From contig JBAZWF010000001.1 in the NCBI GenBank assembly GCA_041660485.1, positions 410,224-474,223 on the forward strand: a DNA stretch of 64,000 nucleotides, in the 5' to 3' direction. Position numbers and translations under genes: made by a program. Shown here in pieces: positions 44,874-53,046 of the stretch; position 1 is the stretch's first letter; each line of letters opens with the position of its first letter. The notes under the pieces were generated by a model. The model made no database searches. It saw only the letters and a list, made by a program, of their open reading frames with translations, and had not been told where the DNA came from. This DNA is from Candidatus Pacearchaeota archaeon (GTDB lineage: Archaea > Nanobdellota > Nanobdellia > Pacearchaeales > GW2011-AR1).

Positions 44874-45716
44874 CTAAAAAAATCCCCAGTTAGAATTATA
44901 GAAATATTTTATTGTAATAACAATTAAAAATGAAATTAAAAAGCTTGGTGAAAATGGAACTCCTTGCTTTATAAGTATTTTCTTTTTATAGTGCTTTTTA
45001 ATAAGTTCAACTTGCTCTTCATTTAATCCTTCCCAATAAGGTTCAATTTTAACATTTCCTACATGTATTGTTTCAGCAATCCAGTCTCCAATTGTAACTT
45101 TAGTTGGAGAAGTATAAACCATCATATATGATTGTTCAACTGATTTTGTATAAAGATATAAGAAAGGAGTTACAAAAATAAGAAGTGCAATAAGTGAGAG
45201 TATAATATTATTTAATAAAATTGAAATAATAACTATCGCAACTGCAGATATAAGAAGAACTATAATAGTTGTTTTAATTTTATTTGCCTGCTTTCTAAAT
45301 TCTTTGACAAATCTCTGTCTATTAATTAAAACTAACCCAAAGCTGTAACATAAAGTGTAAATTGCACCTGCGAATAAAAGCCCTATAGTAAATACAAAAA
45401 ATATTAGAGTATTTTCATAAAAGTTATTTGCAAATGGAAGTATTGTCCCTAAAGCAATAAGTAGTTTTGCATCTCCGCCTGCAAATAATCTCATGTAATA
45501 AAATAAATTACCTAATATAAAAAATACTAAAAGCCCATAGAGTCCAAAAAAGAAATAATTAAAATTATTTGTGAAAATAGAATAAAACAATCTTGCTGCA
45601 AGTGCAAATATAATTAGGCTAAAATTAAGCCAATTTGCAATTTCTCTTTGCCTAAAGTCTTGAACAACTGCAAATGTCAGCCATATTAATGCTAATATAA
45701 TCAGGAAGTCAATCAT
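44874..45716 (-). CDS. Archaeal prepilin/preflagellin peptidase (A24 family, PibD/FlaK-like)
   Basis: Polytopic. First catalytic Asp in VVQDFRQREIANW, second in FAGGDAKLL. Confidence 0.8.
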   Translation of the reverse strand: MIDFLIILALIWLTFAVVQDFRQREIANWLNFSLIIFALAARLFYSIFTNNFNYFFFGLYGLLVFFILGNLFYYMRLFAGGDAKLLIALGTILPFANNFYENTLIFFVFTIGLLFAGAIYTLCYSFGLVLINRQRFVKEFRKQANKIKTTIIVLLISAVAIVIISILLNNIILSLIALLIFVTPFLYLYTKSVEQSYMMVYTSPTKVTIGDWIAETIHVGNVKIEPYWEGLNEEQVELIKKHYKKKILIKQGVPFSPSFLISFLIVITIKYFYNSNWGFF

Positions 45717-45786
45717 TTTTATTCTAGCAAGAAATGCTTTATTAATGTTTTTAATGTATATGGGTTAAAATTATTGCTCTTTTGTC

Positions 45787-45809
45787 TAATTTTTGCCTTG
45801 CAAAAATTA
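45787..45809. repeat. Hairpin in the peptidase upstream region
   Basis: taatttttgc-ctt-gcaaaaatta (10-bp stem), similar in form to the caattttcgc-aaa-gcgaaaattg hairpins. Confidence 0.55.
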
Positions 45810-45826
45810 ATATAATTAAGAAAGTG

Positions 45827-45868
45827 TCTAAAATTTATACTGACTCATAACTTATAAAATTTATTAAT
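45827..45868 (-). repeat. Dispersed ~42-nt AT-rich repeat, copy 2 (inverted)
   Basis: The reverse complement reads attaataaattttataagttatgagtcagtataaattttaga. It points toward the prepilin peptidase start, about 110-150 nt away. Confidence 0.7.
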
Positions 45869-45936
45869 CTAAATTTAAACAATGTTAAAATTTAAGGTTT
45901 TGCAAATCACAAAACTATCTGGTATATTTACTTGTG

Positions 45937-45959
45937 CAATTTTCGCAAAGCGAAAATTG
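45937..45959. repeat. 23-nt hairpin, copy 2
   Basis: Identical to 7887-7909. Confidence 0.8.
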
Positions 45960-46030
45960 ATATTTTACGATCCTAGAAACTATTTCCTTAATGATAAGAT
46001 TTATATATATCTAAGATTAATAATTATTAG

Positions 46031-46309
46031 GTGATTAAAAAAATGAGTAAAATTCTGGGATATCTGAGTGCGTTTATTGGGCTTTTATTAATTGCTTTTA
46101 TTGTTAAACCTCTTAAGGATTTGGTTTTTGTTCAGTCAATAACTGCAACTATACCAATGGCTAATTTAATTTTTGTTGCAGTTGGCGTTGTTTTAATTGT
46201 TGTAGGAATTATTCTTTTAAAGTCTTCTGGCGGAAGTAAACAACTAAAGGAAGTTCCAATTTATCAAGGCAAAAGTGTAGTTGGATTTAGAAGAATGGGA
46301 AAGAAGTAA
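46031..46309 (+). CDS. Small hypothetical membrane protein (92 aa)
   Basis: Two TM segments and a basic C-terminus. Sits between inverted copies 2 and 3 of the AT-rich repeat. Confidence 0.45.
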   Translation: MIKKMSKILGYLSAFIGLLLIAFIVKPLKDLVFVQSITATIPMANLIFVAVGVVLIVVGIILLKSSGGSKQLKEVPIYQGKSVVGFRRMGKK

Positions 46310-46314
46310 ATTTG

Positions 46315-46359
46315 TTAATAATAAATTCACGTAAATCTTAATCAAGTATAAATTTTAGA
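46315..46359 (+). repeat. Dispersed AT-rich repeat, copy 3
   Basis: ttaataataaattcacgtaaatcttaatcaagtataaattttaga. Followed by cattttct, as in copy 1. Confidence 0.7.
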
Positions 46360-46384
46360 TACCTCATTTTCTGACATTAGAATA

Positions 46385-46504
46385 TTAATAACCTTTATCT
46401 TCTGCCCTATGCTGTCCACCTTTTTTATATCCTCTTACTTTTCTCTTTTTCCTAAAATCATTCTTTGTCTTTCTTTTGCCTGCAAATCCATAATCATCTG
46501 ACAT
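46385..46504 (-). CDS. Possible small basic protein (39 aa)
   Basis: MSDDYGFAGKRKTKNDFRKKRKVRGYKKGGQHRAEDKGY. In-frame ATG to TAA. No family recognised. Confidence 0.2.
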   Translation of the reverse strand: MSDDYGFAGKRKTKNDFRKKRKVRGYKKGGQHRAEDKGY

Positions 46505-46645
46505 GTCAAGAATTACCTTGTAAATTTAATTCTTGAGCATACTCAAGATTTATATTTGCCATTTTGTGAAAATTAAAATGTTTTGTGTAAATAATAAATT
46601 TTAACATGATAGAACTAATTACAAAGAATATTTAAATTTATTCAA

Positions 46646-47110
46646 TCAGCAAGTTATTGCAGGACAAGTTTCTACAACCGGAGAAGTCCATTTAGAACCT
46701 TCAACAGCAGGAGTATATGTTCCTCCGCTTGCTTTACAAGCTGCATCAGTACTTAACTCACTAACTGAATTATCAATTTGTCCATCTTTCATACAAGTCG
46801 CAGGTTGTGCAATAATTACTTTTGTTAATTGAATACAAGTAACTCCAGCTACTTTTGTTTTGCTATCAAAAACAATTGTTCTCTGAGTTGTACAAAAATC
46901 ATATTTAGCACCTGTTGAACATGCAACCTGACACGCACTTTTAATTGTATCAACATTTACCTGTCCCCCGCCTAAGTTAAATATTTTATCAAATAAATTT
47001 CCCCAACCCTGTGAAAATCCAAATACTAAAAACACAAGTACAAGTACGGCAAGAATAATAACTACAATAGTTCCAATAGTCATTTCTGCCCCTTTTTTAT
47101 TCTTAATCAT
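46646..47110 (-). CDS. Type IV pilin-like protein (class III signal peptide), last gene of the locus
   Basis: MIKNKKG/AEMTIGTIVVIILAVLVLVFLVF. The track start is GTG 47116. Cys-rich globular C-terminus. Confidence 0.7.
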   Translation of the reverse strand: MIKNKKGAEMTIGTIVVIILAVLVLVFLVFGFSQGWGNLFDKIFNLGGGQVNVDTIKSACQVACSTGAKYDFCTTQRTIVFDSKTKVAGVTCIQLTKVIIAQPATCMKDGQIDNSVSELSTDAACKASGGTYTPAVEGSKWTSPVVETCPAITC

Positions 47111-47151
47111 TTTCACTATATTATTAGAAAGATTTAATTTATAAATGTTTC

Positions 47152-47625
47152 TTAAGCTGACTCAAAATAACTTATATATTCTCTGCTAAGTTCAAACACT
47201 TTTTCACCTTTTTTGTTATAAAACTTGCTGTCAATCTTTATAGGAATACCAATACTAAACTTACCATTAACTAAAGAAACATCTTTTTCAGCAAGTTTTC
47301 CCTTAAACTGCTCAAGTTCTCCAAAAAGATATTTTCCATTTTGATCCCGATAATAATCTAAATTTGAATTAAAATTATTAATAAATATTTCAACAGAACC
47401 CGCATTTTTAGCAGAATTAGAAACTAAATCTTGCAGATAAAAATCAATTAATTTTTCTCTTGCAGTCAAATCTTCAAAAATTTTAGAACTGTAAATATCT
47501 CCACTAATTTGATTATTTCTTTGAATCATTACAAACAATGTAAAGGTAGTCAACGTAATTGTTGCTAAAACTAATAATAAAATTGCTATTGGCACTCCAT
47601 CACCTTTTTTATTAGATACCAGCAT
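47152..47625 (-). CDS. Pilin-like protein
   Basis: MLVSNKKG/DGVPIAILLLVLATITLTTFTLF. Confidence 0.6.
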   Translation of the reverse strand: MLVSNKKGDGVPIAILLLVLATITLTTFTLFVMIQRNNQISGDIYSSKIFEDLTAREKLIDFYLQDLVSNSAKNAGSVEIFINNFNSNLDYYRDQNGKYLFGELEQFKGKLAEKDVSLVNGKFSIGIPIKIDSKFYNKKGEKVFELSREYISYFESA

Positions 47626-48265
47626 TTAGCCCTCCAACAAACATTTTAACTTTCACAGTTTTTCTAACATTTCCATTATCTAAAAGCCAAAGTTCAGAAT
47701 ATCTTGTTTCAGGTTTAAAATAACTTGAACTTAAAGTTCCGCATAAATCTACATAATAACCAACACCTCTATGAAAAATATTTGTATCATCTGCAGAAAT
47801 GGTATCTTTACATTTTTTTCCAATTATTGCCTGAGGATTTTCTATTCTTTTTCCATCAAGATTATGATATACACAAACAAGATAGCAATCATCATAAACT
47901 CTATCAAAAAAACCAACTGCACTTTCATAGAACAATTTGTATGTTGCCCCCTCTTTTTCTATATTTTCTAAAGAAGGAGTTGAACTATAAAATTTATCAT
48001 CAACATTAATCGATAAATCTTTAATCATCATCTTTTGTCCATTAAAATCAACAGGAGAATCAAATAATAATACTAAATTGCCTGTCAAAGTTGAATCTTT
48101 TAATTGTTCTCCTTCATTAACAGTTATTTCCGGTCCAGAAAAAGATAATTTATTTTTCAAAACAATAAATCCTAAAAAAAACATGAAAATAAATAAAATA
48201 ACAATTACAATTATCGTTGCTGCAAACCAGCTTATACCTGTTCCAATTGATGCTTTTTTATTCAT
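47612..48265 (-). CDS. Pilin-like protein
   Basis: MNKKA/SIGTGISWFAATIIVIVILFIFMFF. Confidence 0.55.
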   Translation of the reverse strand: MNKKASIGTGISWFAATIIVIVILFIFMFFLGFIVLKNKLSFSGPEITVNEGEQLKDSTLTGNLVLLFDSPVDFNGQKMMIKDLSINVDDKFYSSTPSLENIEKEGATYKLFYESAVGFFDRVYDDCYLVCVYHNLDGKRIENPQAIIGKKCKDTISADDTNIFHRGVGYYVDLCGTLSSSYFKPETRYSELWLLDNGNVRKTVKVKMFVGGLNAGI

Positions 48266-48266
48266 T

Positions 48267-48752
48267 TTATGAACCTAAATTATTTGAACCAGTATTAATT
48301 ACAATTAAAATATCTTTATCTTCATAAATTCCAGAATATGTTTCACTAGCACATTTAGCAATATTCTGTGAATTTTTATTTGCATTTAAACTACACATTA
48401 CTTGAAAATTAGAATCTCCGCGAATAATATTTTCTCTTAATAAAATTCCAGAAGTTCTGTCAACTACACTAACATTAAAATAAATCTTACCATTACTAAT
48501 CATCTCTGTATTTATTTTGCAATAGCTGACTAAATCAAAATTGCTATTAAGATAATTTTTATCTAACTGGCTATTAATTAAAATACACTCCGCAATTTTA
48601 TCTGCAAGAATTTTAGATTGTATTTCACGAACATCTTGTGGTGAGCCATAATACAAATAAACTCCTGCAACAATTGCCATGCCTATAATTATCCATATAA
48701 AAAACATCCATATGGATAAAATTTTTTCATCTCCTTTTTTATTCTTTATCAT
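48267..48752 (-). CDS. Pilin-like protein
   Basis: MIKNKKG/DEKILSIWMFFIWIIIGMAIVAGV. Confidence 0.6.
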   Translation of the reverse strand: MIKNKKGDEKILSIWMFFIWIIIGMAIVAGVYLYYGSPQDVREIQSKILADKIAECILINSQLDKNYLNSNFDLVSYCKINTEMISNGKIYFNVSVVDRTSGILLRENIIRGDSNFQVMCSLNANKNSQNIAKCASETYSGIYEDKDILIVINTGSNNLGS

Positions 48753-49174
48753 TTTCTCTCTCCAATAAGCATATCTAAAAACAACTGCCCATTAACATCT
48801 CTATGACTGCTTATTTTAACATCATAATTATTAAAAAAATCATATGCATATCCTGCACCAGTTCCAAGTTTTACATTAATCTTATTTCCATTTATAACAA
48901 ATGCCTCTTCAACACTTCTTTTATTTTCTTCTAAAAAAGGTTTTACTTCTTCTAAGCTAACATAAACAATTGTTCCAGGTTCTGCACTATCAATCATAAG
49001 TGCCAGCTTCTTTGAGTAAATCTGCTCATACTGTCCAACATTAGTAGAATTTCTCTCTACAAATGCAAACATTGCTGCAAAAAATATAATATTAAGAATA
49101 ATTATTATAATTGTAGCAGTTAAACTATCAATACCTCTTTTATTTGAGCATATACTCATACTAACAACAGACAA
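48749..49174 (-). CDS. Pilin-like protein
   Basis: ..SNKRG/IDSLTATIIIIILNIIFFAAMFAF. The start may be the internal MSICSNKRG. 4-nt overlap with the next gene. Confidence 0.6.
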   Translation of the reverse strand: MSVVSMSICSNKRGIDSLTATIIIIILNIIFFAAMFAFVERNSTNVGQYEQIYSKKLALMIDSAEPGTIVYVSLEEVKPFLEENKRSVEEAFVINGNKINVKLGTGAGYAYDFFNNYDVKISSHRDVNGQLFLDMLIGERK

Positions 49175-49213
49175 AAATTGTTAATAAATTTAACTAAAGA
49201 GGTTAATTATAGT

Positions 49214-50305
49214 TTAGCTAACCAAATTCTCAAAAGAAGAACACTTAAGGTTATTCAAACTTTCAGAATCATAATTAACAACTGAAAATCCTGCATAAGA
49301 ATTTACATCTCCACCATTCCACCCATCAAGATAATTTCCATAATTTTCATATATTTTATCTCCGGCAAAATATCCTGCAAAACCTAAAACTCCTCCTGCA
49401 ACTAAACCAATTCCCGCACCAACAATTGTTCCTCCAACAGGCACAGCACTTCCAATTAATGCTCCTGTTGCTAATCCACTTAGTGCTCCTGTAACTCCAG
49501 CACCTATTTCAAAACTTGCACTTCTTTTAATTTCATAGAAAACAACTGCTTTTTGAGGATTATCTAAAATAAAGAAATCCTTCGCTTGTAAATCTGCAGT
49601 ATATGGTATATCAGATGTTAAACTATTTGTTAAATACTGCCAATAAGTTTTATCAGAATCAGGCATCTTAGTTGAAATAAAATATCTTATCCATCCATTA
49701 ACTTTTTTATTTTCTTTATCAGGCAAACTATTAATAACTGATTGATCAAAAGAAATTCTTGAACAAACAACACAAGCTTTAGTAGCTCCTGTGCTAAATT
49801 CTCTTGAAAAAACATTTATTTTTCCTGCACCCATCATTCCCCAGCACCCCTCTGCAGCATACTCTGCAACAATTGCATTTATTTCATTTTCAATAGCTAA
49901 AGAATCGCTGCTGACTCTTAAAGTAATATAACTATTTCCAAGTTCTTTTTCACAATCTCCTTTAAGAAACTTATTTGTTGTAACACAAATTTTTTCTGTC
50001 TGGCATTTAAGCGGAGTTTTTACAACATCAATATTTTTAACATCAGGCACAGAAGCCCGAATAACAACTGATTCATGGCAAGCTTCTCTGTCAATTGTCT
50101 GATTCCAATTAAAGAAAAAAATTGCAAGTAAAATAACTGCAAAACTAATTACTAGAATAAAAATTCCAATTGTAACTTCAGTAACCATAAATGCTTGTTT
50201 ATTGCTCAAACTAGGTGTAATACTCCGTAGCTTGCTACGATTTGTTCTTAGTTTGAGGCTTAAAGAATGCCTCAAAGCTTGTTGTGATAGGTATTCTTTA
50301 TTCAT
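49214..50305 (-). CDS. Pilin-like protein with a long leader, a bacterial-type F(+1)/E(+5) motif and a C-terminal glycine-zipper TM
   Basis: ..SNKQA/FMVTEVTIGIFILVISFAVILL. C-terminus GAGVTGALSGLATGALIGSAVPVGGTIVGAGIGLVAGGVLGFAG. Confidence 0.55.
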   Translation of the reverse strand: MNKEYLSQQALRHSLSLKLRTNRSKLRSITPSLSNKQAFMVTEVTIGIFILVISFAVILLAIFFFNWNQTIDREACHESVVIRASVPDVKNIDVVKTPLKCQTEKICVTTNKFLKGDCEKELGNSYITLRVSSDSLAIENEINAIVAEYAAEGCWGMMGAGKINVFSREFSTGATKACVVCSRISFDQSVINSLPDKENKKVNGWIRYFISTKMPDSDKTYWQYLTNSLTSDIPYTADLQAKDFFILDNPQKAVVFYEIKRSASFEIGAGVTGALSGLATGALIGSAVPVGGTIVGAGIGLVAGGVLGFAGYFAGDKIYENYGNYLDGWNGGDVNSYAGFSVVNYDSESLNNLKCSSFENLVS

Positions 50306-50421
50306 CCTGTCAACCTCTTAATTATATAATATGTTGCAAAAAGCAAAATAGAAAAAACAACAACCCAAATTATAATTTTAAAAATCTGGTCAAAATTTGC
50401 AGAACCTTTTAACCCTTTCAT
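50302..50421 (-). CDS. Mini membrane ORF (39 aa), translationally coupled on both sides
   Basis: MKGLKGSANFDQIFKIIIWVVVFSILLFATYYIIKRLTG. ATGA overlaps with both neighbours. Not in the ORF track. Confidence 0.45.
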   Translation of the reverse strand: MKGLKGSANFDQIFKIIIWVVVFSILLFATYYIIKRLTG

Positions 50422-51224
50422 TTTTCAATTATAAACACCCCATCAGATAATTTAACTTTTGCACTATTTAATAATTGCTTCTGCCCAATAATATCTGCAG
50501 AATTTAATTGATTAAAAAATTGTGAATTAATAGAATCAACACTTGAGTATCCATTTTCACAATTATTATAACTTACATCATTTCCTGCTAATTGAGAAGG
50601 TTGTTTTATACTCTGCCAATTCTCCAAATCAAAACTCCAAATCATTTCTTCATTAAACTTAAAAAATATCGGCTTATAGTACCTATTAATTTTACCTTCA
50701 CTAATCTGTAACGGGCTTAATTCTCCATTAAATGGATAAACTTTTTCATCAGAATATTTTATTTTAAGATTAACAGCTGGATTAAAATTTGAACTTGTTT
50801 TAATTTTTCTTACTTCTACAAAGGTATTTGCAAAATTTTCCTGACAATTAAAAGGATCTTTTTCTCTTAACAAAACAAAATTTTTAGTTGCAACACATGA
50901 TAAAATTCCTTTATCACAATTTTCTCCTTTGCATAAACACAAACAAAAATCACCATTACATCTTGTTCCTTGTTCAGTACTTATTAAAAACCAATCTTTT
51001 AAAGTTGAAAATAAATAACTTTTTTCAGTTGTTTTTGTAAAAGAATCATCCATTAAAAGAGAAATTGCATTTAACTCTGCATTTGCCTTTTTCAAGTCAT
51101 TTGAATCAGAAGCCCAGTTATAAATTAAAGTTCCAAGATAAATTAAAGCAACTAATATAATCACTCCAATAACAATATTCATAACTTCTTTTCCAAGCCA
51201 TTCAATTGCTCCTTTTTTATTCAT
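50418..51224 (-). CDS. Pilin-like protein
   Basis: MNKKG/AIEWLGKEVMNIVIGVIILVALIYLG. Confidence 0.6.
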   Translation of the reverse strand: MNKKGAIEWLGKEVMNIVIGVIILVALIYLGTLIYNWASDSNDLKKANAELNAISLLMDDSFTKTTEKSYLFSTLKDWFLISTEQGTRCNGDFCLCLCKGENCDKGILSCVATKNFVLLREKDPFNCQENFANTFVEVRKIKTSSNFNPAVNLKIKYSDEKVYPFNGELSPLQISEGKINRYYKPIFFKFNEEMIWSFDLENWQSIKQPSQLAGNDVSYNNCENGYSSVDSINSQFFNQLNSADIIGQKQLLNSAKVKLSDGVFIIEK

Positions 51225-52243
51225 TATTTAACCTCGCAATTATCTAAACAAATCCAATATCTTTTATCAAGTCTTCCAATATTTCCATAAACTAAATAAT
51301 AATCTTCTAAAACCCACGGACTTATAGCTTTTCTTTCATTAGAAAACTGCACATAATTTCTTTCATTAACCAATTTAACCTTTGCAGTTAACCTGGAAGA
51401 ATATGCATTAATACCTATTTCTTTAGCATCTTTAATATATTTTAAATCATCTAAAGAATAAAACTTATTATCAAGAACATTACCCATATTTTGTTCATTG
51501 CCTTCTGCATCAACATAAATAAAGTCATAATTTGAATTAATATAACTAGTGCTTATCTTAGACGCAACCATAGATTCATCATCAAATACATAAGTTGATT
51601 TACTATACCCATTAAAAATAATATCCTGAATTCCAAAATAAAACTTTTTTCCATTAAACTCTTCTACTCTAACATCTCTCAGATATCTCTCTTCCTCAAC
51701 CTGGCCAATTTTATTAAATCTACATAATGTTGTTTTTCCAACTAAGAAAGTTCCTTCAAGAGTAAGTAACCTTTCAAGATTAACTCCCTGCGGTTCAAGA
51801 AACTCAACAGCATTAAAGTAATTAGCCCCAATTCCCTTTAAAACATTATCCTCAATTTTAATTTTTCCATAAAATGTCCCAATTTTAAATTCATTTATTT
51901 TACCAATATAGGTAGAAGGATTCCAAACTTCTTTTGAATTATCAGTAACCTTAAGCTCTGTACCTTTAATAAGCAATCCATCATATTCTAGATTTTGTTC
52001 ACAAACATCATCTTGACACATTAATACTTTATCACCAGAAATTCTCGCAACCGGAACCGGACAGGTAGTTATATCAATTTTTTCAAGAGTTTTATTTTGC
52101 TGAAATCCCGGAATATCTAAAAATTTTTGTATAAGTCCAGCCCTAAATAAAAAAACAAAAACCGCTACAACTACAAGGACAACAAGCAAAATAGTAACTA
52201 TTTTTGATATTCCAAGTTCACTTGCTGCTTTTTTTGTTTTCAT
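51224..52243 (-). CDS. Pilin-like protein
   Basis: MKTKKA/ASELGISKIVTILLVVLVVVAVFVF. TAATG overlap downstream. Confidence 0.55.
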   Translation of the reverse strand: MKTKKAASELGISKIVTILLVVLVVVAVFVFLFRAGLIQKFLDIPGFQQNKTLEKIDITTCPVPVARISGDKVLMCQDDVCEQNLEYDGLLIKGTELKVTDNSKEVWNPSTYIGKINEFKIGTFYGKIKIEDNVLKGIGANYFNAVEFLEPQGVNLERLLTLEGTFLVGKTTLCRFNKIGQVEEERYLRDVRVEEFNGKKFYFGIQDIIFNGYSKSTYVFDDESMVASKISTSYINSNYDFIYVDAEGNEQNMGNVLDNKFYSLDDLKYIKDAKEIGINAYSSRLTAKVKLVNERNYVQFSNERKAISPWVLEDYYLVYGNIGRLDKRYWICLDNCEVK

Positions 52244-52395
52244 CTGCTAAATCTAAACATATTTTTAATAAAGTCAAGAGCATTATTTCCTTTGCCAGAA
52301 AGAATTATTATTCCAATAACCATTACAACAAATACTGCAAGCCCTAATAAAACCCAGCCAATTGCTTCCATTTCAAATCCTTTTTTAGATTTCAT
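52240..52395 (-). CDS. Short pilin-like ORF (51 aa), not in the ORF track
   Basis: MKSKKG/FEMEAIGWVLLGLAVFVVMVIGIIILSGKGNNALDFIKNMFRFSR. ATGA and TAATG overlaps with its neighbours. Confidence 0.55.
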   Translation of the reverse strand: MKSKKGFEMEAIGWVLLGLAVFVVMVIGIIILSGKGNNALDFIKNMFRFSR

Positions 52396-52724
52396 TAACA
52401 CACTCCTTCACAACCAATTTTATTTATCTTACTTCCCCAGCTTTCCAAACTTGCATTAGAACAAGTCATTGAAAATTTATCTTCTTTTGAAAGTTTAACT
52501 TCCTTATTAACACAACAAAATTCATATGCAGAATTAACCGCCACGAGATTATTACAAGAATCAATTATCCCATCAACATTTGATTCACTAAAATAATTCT
52601 TTATTTCAGAAAAAAATCCACTTGAAGAAGTCATAAAAAAATAAATTAATCCTGCTAGCAAAAGCAAAGCTAAAACCATAATTACAATAACATTAAATGC
52701 CAATTCCAGCCCTTTTTTATTCAT
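52395..52724 (-). CDS. Pilin-like protein, first pilin gene after the intra-locus gap
   Basis: Internal start MNKKG/LELAFNVIVIMVLALLLLAGLIYF (the track starts 7 codons earlier). Cys-rich C-terminus. Confidence 0.6.
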   Translation of the reverse strand: MNKKGLELAFNVIVIMVLALLLLAGLIYFFMTSSSGFFSEIKNYFSESNVDGIIDSCNNLVAVNSAYEFCCVNKEVKLSKEDKFSMTCSNASLESWGSKINKIGCEGVC

Positions 52725-52843
52725 AATTCCATAAATAAAACACAATTAATAAAGTTATCTGATAATATTAAATATCTTTAGAAATATAGCTTATAAAAAT
52801 ATATAAAAAGATTACCCTGCGCAGGAAACCAAAGGTTTCCTAC

Positions 52844-52900
52844 TTACTCAAAACTTTGCTCATCTAGACCTTTGCCAAACCTCGCAAAATTTCTCGGCTC
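52844..52900 (-). repeat. 57-nt GC-enriched conserved element, copy 2, sense to the pilus locus
   Basis: The reverse complement gagccgagaaattttgcgaggtttggcaaaggtctagatgagcaaagttttgagtaa is nearly identical to 34840-34896. On the minus strand it is followed by hairpin ggaaacc-tt-tggtttcc, palindrome cctgcgcagg and a T-tract. Confidence 0.7.
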
Positions 52901-53046
52901 TACCTTCCTTAAGAAAAGTGAAAAAGAAACTCACTCGAGAATATGAATAATTAAGAAATATCAAATTCAAAATATTATAACTATTAATCAACCTAAATTA
53001 CAATATATTAATTTTTATCTGATTATACAACTTAAAAAAATAATTT

